Source: Chrysomallon squamiferum
Taxonomy: Eukaryota; Animalia; Mollusca
Assembly: GCA_012295275.1 (NCBI GenBank)
Contig: CM022665.1
Location: 31,124,001-31,188,000, forward strand
Direction: 5' to 3'
Length of the DNA: 64,000 nucleotides
The stretch's first letter is position 1. Each line of letters begins with the position of its first letter. The notes beneath the pieces were generated by a model. That model was not told the DNA's origin and searched no databases. It saw only the letters and a program-made list of their open reading frames with translations. A program made the translations under genes and the position numbers. This document shows positions 25,201-40,900 of this stretch, in pieces.

Positions 25201-28200
25201 GAATGACAACAATAATGATCTCAAGAACAATAACAACGATGACATCATCATCATTATCAAAGGGAATAATAAACGATGATGATAATAATAATGGTAGCAC
25301 TATTAATGATGGAATTAATTTTATATTTTTTCAGGTTTCATAATGAAATACTGACATTTCTACGGTTTGCTTTCTCAGGACGAGAAGAGGAAAATGAAGA
25401 GGAGAATCTACACATGCACCTTCTGGTTAAGAATGGTGTATGCGAAGGACATCAGCTAAATGGTGAACAGAAATGCGTCTACATTTTTTGAAGATGAAAT
25501 AAAAAAAAGGAAAAATAAAAGTATTTTCTTTACAAAAAGTAATTAAAATAGAATGAAACAACTTAATAGTAATAATGCTAATAAAAATAATATTATTAGT
25601 GATAGTAGTGATAATGACAGTATTATATTTAATTAAAACATCATCATCATCATGAAAGAATTTAAGAACAAGATATGATTAAAATAGTAAGAGTAATACT
25701 AGTAATCATGGAATTAATTTTGTATTTCTTTTAATGTTCGTTACATGAACTACTGACATATTTACATTTGTTTTCACAGGATGAGAAGAGGAAGGTGAAG
25801 AGGATAATCTACACATGCACCTTCTGGTTAAGAATGGTGCATGCGAAGGACATCACCAAAACGGTAAACAGAAATGCCTGTACAAATTGTGAAGAACAAA
25901 TGAAAAAAAAAAAAAGAATAAAAATATTTTGTTTACAAAAAGTGATGAAAATAAAATGAAATATATTAATAGGAATACAAATAGTGGTAGCATTGAGAAT
26001 GACAACAATAATGATCTCAAGAACAATAACAACGATGACATCATCATCATTATCAAAGGGAATAATAAACGATGATGATAATAATAATGGTAGCACTATT
26101 AATGATGGAATTAATTTTATATTTTTTCAGGTTTCATAATGAAATACTGACATTTCTACGGTTTGCTTTCTCAGGACGAGAAGAGGAAAATGAAGAGGAG
26201 AATCTACACATGCACCTTCTGGTTAAGAATGGTGTATGCGAAGGACATCAGCTAAATGGTGAACAGAAATGCGTCTACATTTTTTGAAGATGAAATAAAA
26301 AAAAGGAAAAATAAAAGTATTTTCTTTACAAAAAGTAATTAAAATAGAATGAAACAACTTAATAGTAATAATGCTAATAAAAATAATATTATTAGTGATA
26401 GTAGTGATAATGACAGTATTATATTTAATTAAAACATCATCATCATCATGAAAGAATTTAAGAACAAGATATGATTAAAATAGTAAGAGTAATACTAGTA
26501 ATCATGGAATTAATTTTGTATTTCTTTTAATGTTCGTTACATGAACTACTGACATATTTACATTTGTTTTCACAGGATGAGAAGAGAAAACTGAAGAGGA
26601 CAATCTACACATGCACCTTCTGGTTAAGAATGGTGCATGCGAAGGACATCACCAAAACGGTAAACAGAACTGCCAATACAATTTGTGAAGAACAAATGAA
26701 AAAAGTGAAGAATACAAATATTTGGTTTACAAAAAGTGATCAAAATAAAATGAAATATATTAATAGTAATACAAATAATAATAGTGGTAGCATTGAGAAT
26801 GACAACAATAATGATCTCAAGAACAATAACAACGATGACATCATCATCATTATCAAAGGGAGTAATAAGTATTATCATTATGATCATAGTAAAGAGGGTA
26901 ACTCTAGTAATGATGTAACTAATTTTATATTTTATTGAAGTTTCATCAATTTAATTCTGACATTTCTATCGTTTCTTTTCTCAGGATGAGAAGAGGAAAA
27001 TGAAGAGGAGAATCTACACATGCACCTTCTGGTTAAGAATGGTGCATGGGAAGAACATCAGCTAAATGGTGAACAGAAATGCGTGTTCATTTTTTGAAGA
27101 TGAAATAAATAAAAAGGAAAAATAAAAGTATTTTCTTTACAAAAAGTAATTAAAATAGAATGAAACAACTTAATAGTAATAATGTTAATAAAAATAATAT
27201 TATTAGTGATAGTAGTGATAATGACAGTATTATATTTAATTAAAACATCATCATCATCATGAAAGAGAATTTAAGAACAAGATATGATTAAAACAGTAAG
27301 AGTAATACTAGTAATCATGGAATTAATTTTGTATTTGTTTTAACGTTCGTTACATGAACTACTGACATATTTACATTTGTTTTCACAGGATGAGAAGAGG
27401 AAGGTGAAGAGGATAATCTACACATGCACCTTCTGGTTAAGAATGGTGCATGCGAAGGACATCACTAAAACGGTAAACAGAAATGCCTGTACAAATTGTG
27501 AAGAACAAATGAAAAAAGTGAAGAATAAAAATATTTGGTTTACAAAAAGTGATGAAAATAAAATGAAATATATTAATAGGAATACAAATAATAATAGTGG
27601 TAGCATTGAGAATGACAACAATAATGATCTCAAGAACAATAACAACGATGACATCATCATCATTATCAAAGGGAATAATAAACGATGATGATAATAATAA
27701 TGGTAGCACTATTAATGATGGAATTAATTTTATATTTTTTCAGGTTTCATAATGAAATACTGACATTTCTACGGTTTGCTTTCTCAGGACGAGAAGAGGA
27801 AAATGAAGAGGAGAATCTACACATGCACCTTCTGGTTAAGAATGGTGTATGCGAAGGACATCAGCTAAATGGTGAACAGAAATGCGTCTACATTTTTTGA
27901 AGATGAAATAAAAAAAAAGGAAAAATAAAAGTATTTTCTTTACAAAAAGTAATTAAAATAGAATGAAACAACTTAATAGTAATAATGCTAATAAAAATAA
28001 TATTATTAGTGATAGTAGTGATAATGACAGTATTATATTTAATTAAAACATCATCATCATCATGAAAGAATTTAAGAACAAGATATGATTAAAATAGTAA
28101 GAGTAATACTAGTAATCATGGAATTAATTTTGTATTTCTTTTAATGTTCGTTACATGAACTACTGACATATTTACATTTGTTTTCACAGGATGAGAAGAG

Positions 28201-28978
28201 GAAACTGAAGAGGACAATCTACACATGCACCTTCTGGTTAAGAATGGTGCATGCGAAGGACATCACCAAAACGGTAAACAGAACTGCCAATACAATTTGT
28301 GAAGAACAAATGAAAAAAGTGAAGAATACAAATATTTGGTTTACAAAAAGTGATCAAAATAAAATGAAATATATTAATAGTAATACAAATAATAATAGTG
28401 GTAGCATTGAGAATGACAACAATAATGATCTCAAGAACAATAACAACGATGACATCATCATCATTATCAAAGGGAGTAATAAGTATTATCATTATGATCA
28501 TAGTAAAGAGGGTAACTCTAGTAATGATGTAACTAATTTTATATTTTATTGAAGTTTCATCAATTTAATTCTGACATTTCTATCGTTTCTTTTCTCAGGA
28601 TGAGAAGAGGAGAATCTACACATGCACCTTCTGGTTAAGAATGGTGCATGGGAAGAACATGAGCTAAATGGTGAACAGAAATGCGTGATAATTTTTTGAA
28701 GATGAAATTAATAAAAAGGAAAAATAAAAGTATTTTCTTTACAAAAAGTAATTAAAATAGAATGAAACAACTTAATAGTAATAATGTTAATAAAAATAAT
28801 ATTATTAGTGATAGTAGTGATAATGACAGTATTATATTTAATTAAAACATCATCATCATCATGAAAGAGAATTTAAGAACAAGATATGATTAAAACAGTA
28901 AGAGTAATACTAGTAATCATGGAATTAATTTTGTATTTGTTTTAATGTTCGTTACATGAACTACTGACATATTTACAT

Positions 28979-31900
28979 TTGTTTTCACAGGATGAGAAGA
29001 GGAAACTGAAGAGGACAATCTACACATGCACCTTCTGGTTAAGAATGGTGCATGCGAAGGACATCACCAAAACGGTAAACAGAAATGCCTGTACAATTTG
29101 TGAAGAACAAATGAAAAAAGTGCAGAATAAAAATATTTGGTTTACAAAAAGTGATCAAAATAAAATGAAATATATTAATAGTAATACAAATAATAATAGT
29201 GGTAGCATTGAGAATGACAACAATGATGATCTCAAGAACAATAACAACGATGACATCATCATCATTATCAAAGGGAATAATAAACGATGATGATGATAAT
29301 AGTGAGGGTAACTCTAGTAATGATGATGGAATTAATTTTATATTTTTTTGAAATTTCATAATTTAATACTGACATTTCTACGGTTTGCTTTCTCAGGACG
29401 ACAAGAGGAAAATGAAGAGGAGAATCTACACATGCACCTTCTGGTTAAGAATGGTGCATGCGAAGGACATCACCTAAATGGTAAACAGAAATGCGTGTTC
29501 GTTTTTTGAAGATGAAATTAATAAAAAGGAAAAATAAAAGTTATTTCTTTACAAAAAGTAATTAAAATAGAATGAAACAACTTAATAGTAATAATGTTAA
29601 TAAAAATAATACTATTAGTGACAGTATTATATTTAATTAAAACACGTCATCATCATGAAAGAGAATTTAAGAACAAGATATGATTAAAACAGTAAGAGTA
29701 ATACTAGTAATCATGGAATTAATTTTGTATTTGTTTTAATGTTCCTTACATGAACTACTGACATATTTACATTTGTTTTCACAGGATGAGAAGAGGAGAA
29801 TGAAGACAGGAGTAAACGGCTGGAGTCAGGAATGGGTTTTTAATTTTTGGGGTTTTGCCGGCATTTGGGTGGGCGTGTATGCATTTTAACGTAGGCATCA
29901 GACTCACTAAAACTGATGTCTAACAGCATGTTCTGCTTTTACAATCCCGTAGAACCCAAAATGAAAAAGAATCCTGCAGGAAAAACATCAATAATTTGCC
30001 TTTACAAAAAAGAAGATTGAACAAAAAAAAAAAAAAATATTGGTTTCATAATAAAAATAATAATAAAGGAAGTGAGATAAGATAAAATAAAATAAAATAA
30101 AATAAAGTGATTATAACAATAGCAAAAACAATAATGGCAGTTATGAAAATGAGAATAATAATGAGAATAACAACAAAAATCATAATAATTACAACAACAT
30201 CAATGATGAACATCTTCATCATTTTTTCAGAGACAATAAGTCTTATATGATGATGCTAATAATATTAATAGTAATATAAATAATAATAATGGTAGTATTG
30301 ACAACCTTCTGGTAATAATGATCTCAAGAACAATAACAACGATAACAAATCATCAAAGGGAATAATAAGTAGATTTTTTTTTGAAGATGAAATTAATAAA
30401 AAGGAAAAATAAAAGTATTTTCTTTACAAAAAGTAATTAAAATAGAATGAAACAACTTAATAGTAATAATGTTAATATAAAATAATATTATTAGTGATAG
30501 TACTGATAATGACAGTATTATATTTAATTAAAAACATCATCATTATCATGAAAGAGAATTTAAGAACAAGATATGATTAAAACAGTAAGAGGTAATACTA
30601 GTAATCATGGAATTAATTTTGTATTTGTTTTAATGTTCGTTACATGAACTACTGACATATTTAGATTTGTTTTCACAGGATGAGAAGGCGAAAATGAAGA
30701 GGAGAATCTACACATGCACCTTCTGGTTAAGAATGGTGCATGCGAAGGACATCACCGAAACGGTAAACAGAAATGCCTGTACAATTTTGTGAAGAACAAA
30801 TGAAAAAAAAAAGTGCAGAATAAAAATATTTGGTTTACAAAAAGTGATCAAAATAAAATGAAATATATTAATAGTAATACAAATAATAATAGTGGTAGCA
30901 TTGAGAATGACAACAATGATGATCTCAAGAACAATAACAACGATGACATCATCATCATTATCAAAGGGAATAATAGGTATTGTCATTATGATGATAGTAG
31001 TGAGGGTAACTCTAGTAATGATGGAATTAATTTTACATTTTTTTCAAATTTCATAATAAAATACTGACATTTCTACGGTTTGCTTTCTCAGGACGACAAG
31101 AGGAAAATGAAGAGGAGAATCTACACATGCACCTTCTGGTTAAGAATGGTGCATGCGAAGGACATCACCTAAATGGTAAACAGAAATGCGTGTTCGTTTT
31201 TTGAAGATGAAATTAATAAAAAGGAAAAATAAAAGTTATTTCTTTACAAAAAGCAATTAAAATAGAATGAAACAACTTAATAGTAATAATGTTAATAAAA
31301 ATAATACTATTAGTGACAGTATTATATTTAATTAAAAACGTCATCATCATGAAAGAGAATTTAAGAACAAGATATGATTAAAACAGTAAGAGTAATACTA
31401 GTAATCATGGAATTAATTTTGTATTTGTTTTAATGTTCCTTACATGAACTACTGACATATTTACATTTGTTTTCACAGGATGAGAAGAGGAGAATGAAGA
31501 CAGGAGTAAACGGCTGGAGTCAGGAATGGGTTTTTAATTTTTGGGGTTTTGCCGGCATTTGGGTGGGCGTGTATGCATTTTAACGTAGGCATCAGACTCT
31601 TAATACTGATGTCTACACATGCATGTTCTGCTTTATAATCCGTAGGTCCCATAGGTAATGAAGGTGAAAGAATCCTGCAGGAGAAAGACATCACCTGAAT
31701 GGTAAAAGAGAGAAATGCCTGTACATTTTTAAAAAAGAAGATTGACAAAAAAAAAAAAAGTATTGGTTTCATAAAAAAAATTAAAAAATAAGTGAGATAA
31801 GATAAAATAAAATAAAATAAAATAAAGTGATTATAACAATAGCAAAAACAATAATGGCAGTACTGAAAATGAGAATAATAATGAGAATAACAACAAAAAC

Positions 31901-34900
31901 AACAATTACAACAACATCATCACGAACATCTTCATCATCAGAGACAATAAGTCTTATATGATGATGCTAATAATATTAATAGTAATATAAATAATAATAA
32001 TGGTAGTATTGACAATGACAATAATAATGATCTCAAGAACAATAACAACGATAACATCATCAAAGGGAATAATAAGTAGATTTTTTGGAAATGAAATTAA
32101 TAAAAAGGAAAAATAAAAGTATTTTCTTTACAAAAAGTAATTAAAATAGAATGAAACAACTTAATAGTAATAATGTTAATATAAATAATATTATTAGTGA
32201 TAGTACTGATAATGACAGTATTATATTTAATTAAAAACATCATCATTATCATGAAAGAGAATTTAAGAACAAGATATGATTAAAACAGTAAGAGTAATAC
32301 TAGTAATCATGGAATTAATTTTGTATTTGTTTTAATGTTCGTTACATGAACTACTGACATATTTAGATTTGTTTTCACAGGATGAGAAGGCGAAAATGAA
32401 GAGGAGAATCTACACATGCACCTTCTGGTTAAGAATGGTGCATGCGAAGGACATCACCGAAACGGTAAACAGAAATGCCTGTACAATTTGTGAAGAACAA
32501 ATGAAAAAAAAGTGCAGAATAAAAATATTTGGTTTACAAAAAAAGTGATCAAAATAAAATGAAATATATTAATAGTAATACAAAAATAATAATAGTGGTA
32601 GCATTGAGAATGACAACAATGATGATCTCAAGAACAATAACAACGATGACATCATCATCATTATCAAAGGGAATAATAGGTATTGTCATTACGATGATAG
32701 TAGTGAGGGTAACTCTAGTAATGATGGAATTAATTTTACATTTTTTTCAAATTTCATAATAAAATACTGACATTTCTACGGTTTGCTTTCTCAGGACGAC
32801 AAGAGGAAAATGAAGAGGAGAATCTACACATGCACCTTCTGGTTAAGAATGGTGCATGCGAAGGACATCACCTAAATGGTAAACAGAAATGCGTGTTCGT
32901 TTTTGAAGATGAAATTAATAAAAAGAAAAAAAAAAAAAGTTATTTCTTTACAAAAAGCAATTAAAATAGAATGAAACAACTTAATAGTAATAATGTTAAT
33001 AAAAATAATACTATTAGTGACAGTATTATATTTAATTAAAAACGTCATCATCATGAAAGAGAATTTAAGAACAAGATATGATTAAAACAGTAGAGTAATA
33101 ATACTAGTAATCATGGAATTAATTTTGTATTTGTTTTAATGTTCCTTACATGAACTACTGACATATTTACATTTGTTTTCACAGGATGAGAAGAGGAGAA
33201 TGAAGACAGGAGTAAACGGCTGGAGTCAGGAATGGGTTTTAATTTTTTGGGGTTTTGCCGGCATTTGGGTGGGCGTGTATGCATTTTAACGTAGGCATCA
33301 GACTCTTAATACTGATGTCTACACATGCATGTTCTGCTTTATAATCCGTAGGTCCCATAGGTAATGAAGGTGAAAGAATCCTGCAGGAGAAAGACATCAC
33401 CTGAATGGTAAAGAGAAATGCCTGTACATTTTTTAAAAGAAGATTGACAAAAAAGAAAAGTATTGGTTTCATAAAAAGTAATTAAAGGAAGTGAGATAAG
33501 ATAAAATAAAATAAAATAAAATAAAGTGATTATAACAATAGCAAAAACAATAATGGCAGTACTGAAAATGAGAATAATAATGAGAATAATAAACAAAAAA
33601 CAACAAAACAACAATTACAACAACATCATCACGAACATCTTCATCATCAGAGACAATAAGTCTTATATGATGATGCTAATAATATTAATAGTAATATAAA
33701 TAATAATAATGGTAGTATTGACAATGACAATAATAATGATCTCAAGAACAATAACAACGATAACATCATCAAAGGGAATAATAAGTAGATTTTTTGAAGA
33801 TGAAATTAATAAAAAGGAAAAATAAAAGTATTTTCTTTACAAAAAGTAATTAAAATAGAATGAAACAACTTAATAGTAATAATGTTAATATAAATAATAT
33901 TATTAGTGATAGTACTGATAATGACAGTATTATATTTAATTAAAAACATCATCATTATCATGAAAGAGAATTTAAGAACAAGATATGATTAAAACAGTAA
34001 GAGTAATACTAGTAATCATGGAATTAATTTTGTATTTGTTTTAATGTTCGTTACATGAACTACTGACATATTTAGATTTGTTTTCACAGGATGAGAAGGC
34101 GAAAATGAAGAGGAGAATCTACACATGCACCTTCTGGTTAAGAATGGTGCATGCGAAGGACATCACCGAAACGGTAAACAGAAATGCCTGTACAATTTGT
34201 GAAGAACAAATGAAAAAAAAGTGCAGAATAAAAAAAATTTGGTTTACAAAAAGTGATCAAAATAAAATGAAATATATTAATAGTAATACAAATAATAATA
34301 GTGGTAGCATTGAGAATGACAACAATGATGATCTCAAGAACAATAACAACGATGACATCATCATCATTATCAAAGGGAATAATAGGTATTGTCATTACGA
34401 TGATAGTAGTGAGGGTAACTCTAGTAATGATGGAATTAATTTTACATTTTTTTCAAATTTCATAATAAAATACTGACATTTCTACGGTTTGCTTTCTCAG
34501 GACGACAAGAGGAAAATGAAGAGGAGAATCTACACATGCACCTTCTGGTTAAGAATGGTGCATGCGAAGGACATCACCTAAATGGTAAACACAGAAATTG
34601 TGTTCGTTTTTGAAGATGAAATTAATAAAAAGGAAAAATAAAAGTTATTTCTTTACAAAAAGCAATTAAAATAGAATGAAACAACTTAATAGTAATAATG
34701 TTAATAAAAATAATACTATTAGTGACAGTATTATATTTAATTAAAAACGTCATCATCATGAAAGAGAATTTAAGAACAAGATATGATTAAAACAGTAAGA
34801 GTAATACTAGTAATCATGGAATTAATTTTGTATTTGTTTTAATGTTCCTTACATGAACTACTGACATATTTACATTTGTTTTCACAGGATGAGAAGAGGA

Positions 34901-37900
34901 GAATGAAGACAGGAGTAAACGGCTGGAGTCAGGAATGGGTTTTAATTTTTTGGGTTTTGCCGGCATTTGGGTGGGCGTGTATGCATTTTAACGTAGGCAT
35001 CAGACTCTTAATACTGATGTCTACACATGCATGTTCTGCTTTATAATCCGTAGGTCCCATAGGTAATGAAGGTGAAAAAATCCTGCAGGAGAAAGACATC
35101 ACCTGAATGAATGGTAAAGAGAAATGCCTGTACATTTTTTAAAAGAAGATTGACAAAAAAGAAAAGTATTGGTTTCATAAAAAGTAATTAAAGGAAGTGA
35201 GATAAGATAAAATAAAATAAAATAAAATAAAGTGATTATAACAATAGCAAAAACAATAATGGCAGTACTGAAAATGAGAATAATAATGAGAATAACAACA
35301 AAAACAACAATTACAACAACATCATCACGAACATCTTCATCATCAGAGACAATAAGTCTTATATGATGATGCTAATAATATTAATAGTAATATAAATAAA
35401 TAATAATGGTAGTATTGACAATGACAATAATAATGATCTCAAGAACAATAACAACGATAACATCATCAAAGGGAATAATAAGTAGATTTTTTGAAGATGA
35501 AATTAATAAAAAGGAAAAATAAAAGTATTTTCTTTACAAAAAGTAATTAAAATAGAATGAAACAACTTAATAGTAATAATGTTAATATAAATAATATTAT
35601 TAGTGATAGTACTGATAATGACAGTATTATATTTAATTAAAAACATCATCATTATCATGAAAGAGAATTTAAGAACAAGATATGATTAAAACAGTAAGAG
35701 TAATACTAGTAATCATGGAATTAATTTTGTATTTGTTTTAATGTTCGTTACATGAACTACTGACATATTTAGATTTGTTTTCACAGGATGAGAAGGCGAA
35801 AATGAAGAGGAGAATCTACACATGCACCTTCTGGTTAAGAATGGTGCATGCGAAGGACATCACCGAAACGGTAAACAGAAATGCCTGTACAATTTGTGAA
35901 GAACAAATGAAAAAAAAGTGCAGAATAAAAATATTTGGTTTACAAAAAGTGATCAAAATAAAATGAAATATATTAATAGTAATACAAATAATAATAGTGG
36001 TAGCATTGAGAATGACAACAATGATGATCTCAAGAACAATAACAACGATGACATCATCATCATTATCAAAGGGAATAATAATAGGTATTGTCATTACGAT
36101 GATAGTAGTGAGGGTAACTCTAGTAATGATGGAATTAATTTTACATTTTTTTTTCAAATTTCATAATAAAATACTGACATTTCTACGGTTTGCTTTCTCA
36201 GGACGACAAGAGGAAAATGAAGAGGAGAATCTACACATGCACCTTCTGGTTAAGAATGGTGCATGCGAAGGACATCACCTAAATGGTAAACAGAAATGCG
36301 TGTTCGTTTTTTGAAGATGAAATTAATAAAAAGGAAAAATAAAAGTTATTTCTTTACAAAAAAAAATGCAATTAAAATAGAATGAAACAACTTAATAGTA
36401 ATAATGTTAATAAAAATAATACTATTAGTGACAGTATTATATTTAATTAAAAACGTCATCATCATGAAAGAGAATTTAAGAACAAGATATGATTAAAACA
36501 GTAAGAGTAATACTAGTAATCATGGAATTAATTTTGTATTTGTTTTAATGTTCCTTACATGAACTACTGACATATTTACATTTGTTTTCACAGGATGAGA
36601 AGAGGAGAATGAAGACAGGAGTAAACGGCTGGAGTCAGGAATGGGTTTTTAATTTTTGGGGTTTTGCCGGCATTTGGGTGGGCGTGTATGCATTTTAACG
36701 TAGGCATCAGACTCTTAATACTGATGTCTACACATGCATGTTCTGCTTTATAATCCGTAGGTCCCATAGGTAATGAAGGTGAAAGAATCCTGCAGGAGAA
36801 AGACATCACCTGAATGGTAAAGAGAAATGCCTGTACATTTTTTAAAAGAAGATTGACAAAAAAGAAAAGTATTGGTTTCATAAAAAGTAATTAAAGGAAG
36901 TGAGATAAGATAAAATAAAATAAAATAAAATAAAGTGATTATAACAATAGCAAAAAAAAAATAATGGCAGTACTGAAAAATGAGAATAATAATGAGAATA
37001 ACAACAAAAAACAACAATTACAACAACATCATCACGAACATCTTCATCATCAGAGACAATAAGTCTTATATGATGATGCTAATAATATTAATAGTAATAT
37101 AAATAATAATAATGGTAGTATTGACAATGACAATAATAATGATCTCAAGAACAATAACAACGATAACATCATCAAAGGGAATAATAAGTAGATTTTTTGA
37201 AGATGAAATTAATAAAAAGGAAAAATAAAAGTATTTTCTTTACAAAAAGTAATTAAAATAGAATGAAACAACTTAATAGTAATAATGTTAATATAAATAA
37301 TATTATTAGTGATAGTACTGATAATGACAGTATTATATTTAATTAAAAACATCATCATTATCATGAAAGAGAATTTAAGAACAAGATATGATTAAAACAG
37401 TAAGAGTAATACTAGTAATCATGGAATTAATTTTGTATTTGTTTTAATGTTCGTTACATGAACTACTGACATATTTAGATTTGTTTTCACAGGATGAGAA
37501 GGCGAAAATGAAGAGGAGAATCTACACATGCACCTTCTGGTTAAGAATGGTGCATGCGAAGGACATCACCGAAACGGTAAACAGAAATGCCTGTACAATT
37601 TGTGAAGAACAAATGAAAAAAGTGCAGAATAAAAATATTTGGTTTACAAAAAGTGATCAAAATAAAATGAAATATATTAATAGTAATACAAATAATAATA
37701 GTGGTAGCATTGAGAATGACAACAATGATGATCTCAAGAACAATAACAACGATGACATCATCATCATTATCAAAGGGAATAATAGGTATTGTCATTACGA
37801 TGATAGTAGTGAGGGTAACTCTAGTAATGATGGAATTAATTTTACATTTTTTTCAAATTTCATAATAAAATACTGACATTTCTACGGTTTGCTTTCTCAG

Positions 37901-40900
37901 GACGACAAGAGGAAAATGAAGAGGAGAATCTACACATGCACCTTCTGGTTAAGAATGGTGCATGCGAAGGACATCACCTAAATGGTAAACAGAAATGCGT
38001 GTTCGTTTTTTGAGAGATGAAATTAATAAAAAGGAAAAATAAAAGTTATTTCTTTACAAAAAGCAATTAAAATAGAATGAAACAACTTAATAGTAATAAT
38101 GTTAATAAAAATAATACTATTAGTGACAGTATTATATTTAATTAAAACGTCATCATCATGAAAGAGAATTTAAGAACAAGATATGATTAAAACAGTAAGA
38201 GTAATACTAGTAATCATGGAATTAATTTTGTATTTGTTTTAATGTTCCTTACATGAACTACTGACATATTTACATTTGTTTTCACAGGATGAGAAGAGGA
38301 GAATGAAGACAGGAGTAAACGGCTGGAGTCAGGAATGGGTTTTTAATTTTTGGGGTTTTGCCGGCATTTGGGTGGGCGTGTATGCATTTTAACGTAGGCA
38401 TCAGACTCTTAATACTGATGTCTACACATGCATGTTCTGCTTTATAATCCGTAGGTCCCATAGGTAATGAAGGTGAAAGAATCCTGCAGGAGAAAGACAT
38501 CACCTGAATGGTAAAGAGAAATGCCTGTACATTTTTTAAAAGAAGATTGACAAAAAAGAAAAGTATTGGTTTCATAAAAAGTAATTAAAGGAAGTGAGAT
38601 AAGATAAAATAAAATAAAATAAAATAAAGTGATTATAACAATAGCAAAAACAATAATGGCAGTACTGAAAATGAGAATAATAATGAGAATAACAACAAAA
38701 ACAACAATTACAACAACATCATCACGAACATCTTCATCATCAGAGACAATAAGTCTTATATGATGATGCTAATAATATTAATAGTAATATAAATAATAAT
38801 AATGGTAGTATTGACAATGACAATAATAATGATCTCAAGAACAATAACAACGATAACATCATCAAAGGGAATAATAAGTAGATTTTTTGAAGATGAAATT
38901 AATAAAAAGGAAAAATAAAAGTATTTTCTTTACAAAAAGTAATTAAAATAGAATGAAACAACTTAATAGTAATAATGTTAATATAAATAATATTATTAGT
39001 GATAGTACTGATAATGACAGTATTATATTTAATTAAAAACATCATCATTATCATGAAAGAGAATTTAAGAACAAGATATGATTAAAACAGTAAGAGTAAT
39101 ACTAGTAATCATGGAATTAATTTTGTATTTGTTTTAATGTTCGTTACATGAACTACTGACATATTTAGATTTGTTTTCACAGGATGAGAAGGCGAAAATG
39201 AAGAGGAGAATCTACACATGCACCTTCTGGTTAAGAATGGTGCATGCGAAGGACATCACCGAAACGGTAAACAGAAATGCCTGTACAATTTGTGAAGAAC
39301 AAATGAAAAAAGTGCAGAATAAAAATATTTGGTTTACAAAAAGTGATCAAAATAAAATGAAATATATTAATAGTAATACAAATAATAATAGTGGTAGCAT
39401 TGAGAATGACAACAATGATGATCTCAAGAACAATAACAACGATGACATCATCATCATTATCAAAGGGAATAATAGGTATTGTCATTACGATGATAGTAGT
39501 GAGGGTAACTCTAGTAATGATGGAATTAATTTTACATTTTTTTCAAATTTCATAATAAAATACTGACATTTCTACGGTTTGCTTTCTCAGGACGACACAA
39601 GAGGAAAATGAAGAGGAGAATCTACACATGCACCTTCTGGTTAAGAATGGTGCATGCGAAGGACATCACCTAAATGGTAAACAGAAATGCGTGTTCGTTT
39701 TTTGAAGATGAAATTAATAAAAAGGAAAAATAAAAGTTATTTCTTTACAAAAAAAGCAATTAAAATAGAATGAAACAACTTAATAGTAATAATGTTAATA
39801 AAAAAAAAATACTATTAGTGACAGTATTATATTTAATTAAAAACGTCATCATCATGAAAGAGAATTTAAGAACAAGATATGATTAAAACAGTAAGAGTAA
39901 TACTAGTAATCATGGAATTAATTTTGTATTTGTTTTAATGTTCCTTACATGAACTACTGACATATTTACATTTGTTTTCACAGGATGAGAAGAGGAGAAT
40001 GAAGACAGGAGTAAACGGCTGGAGTCAGGAATGGGTTTTAATTTTTTGGGTTTTGCCGGCATTTGGGTGGGCGTGTATGCATTTTAACGTAGGCATCAGA
40101 CTCTTAATACTGATGTCTACACATGCATGTTCTGCTTTATAATCCGTAGGTCCCATAGGTAATGAAGGTGAAAAGAATCCTGCAGGAGAAAGACATCACC
40201 TGAATGGTAAAGAGAAATGCCTGTACATTTTTTTTAAAAGAAGATTGACAAAAAAAAAAAAAGTATTGGTTTCATAAAAAAAAAATTAAAGGAAGTGAGA
40301 TAAGATAAAATAAAATAAAATAAAATAAAGTGATTATAACAATAGCAAAAAAAAAATAATGGCAGTACTGAAAAAATGAGAATAATAATGAGAATAACAA
40401 CAAAAAAACAACAATTACAACAACATCATCACGAACATCTTCATCATCAGAGACAATAAGTCTTATATGATGATGCTAATAATATTAATAGTAATATAAA
40501 TAATAATAATGGTAGTATTGACAATGACAATAATAATGATCTCAAGAACAATAACAACGATAACATCATCAAAGGGAATAATAAGTAGATTTTTTTTTGA
40601 GATGAAATTAATAAAAAGGAAAAATAAAAGTATTTTCTTTACAAAAAAAATAATTAAAATAGAATGAAACAACTTAATAGTAATAATGTTAATATAAATA
40701 ATATTATTAGTGATAGTACTGATAATGACAGTATTATATTTAATTAAAAACATCATCATTATCATGAAAGAGAATTTAAGAACAAGATATGATTAAAACA
40801 GTAAGAGTAATACTAGTAATCATGGAATTAATTTTGTATTTGTTTTAATGTTCGTTACATGAACTACTGACATATTTAGATTTGTTTTCACAGGATGAGA

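Larger units (their letters stand above)
21455..29700 (+). repeat. Tandem array, ~800-bp dimer (cassette A + cassette B/B'), 10 units in two variants
   Basis: Homologous ORF starts at 21764, 22566, 23368, 24167, 24968, 25768, 26564, 27377, 28178 and 28979. Confidence 0.97.

Noticed and set aside
29900-30360. Unusually divergent first C cassette and a stray ACCTTCTGGT fragment
   Set aside because: The pattern of garbled indels, like the homopolymer noise through 30-41 kb and at 21035-21100, looks like low-quality long-read consensus rather than biology.
30981-31070. C/D-box snoRNA in array spacers (ATGATGA...CTGA), as in SNORD115/116-type hosts
   Set aside because: The CTGA is part of the branch-point motif only ~25 nt from the acceptor. 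The C box is ACGATGA in most copies, there is no external terminal stem, and ATGATGA is common in these triplet-rich spacers.
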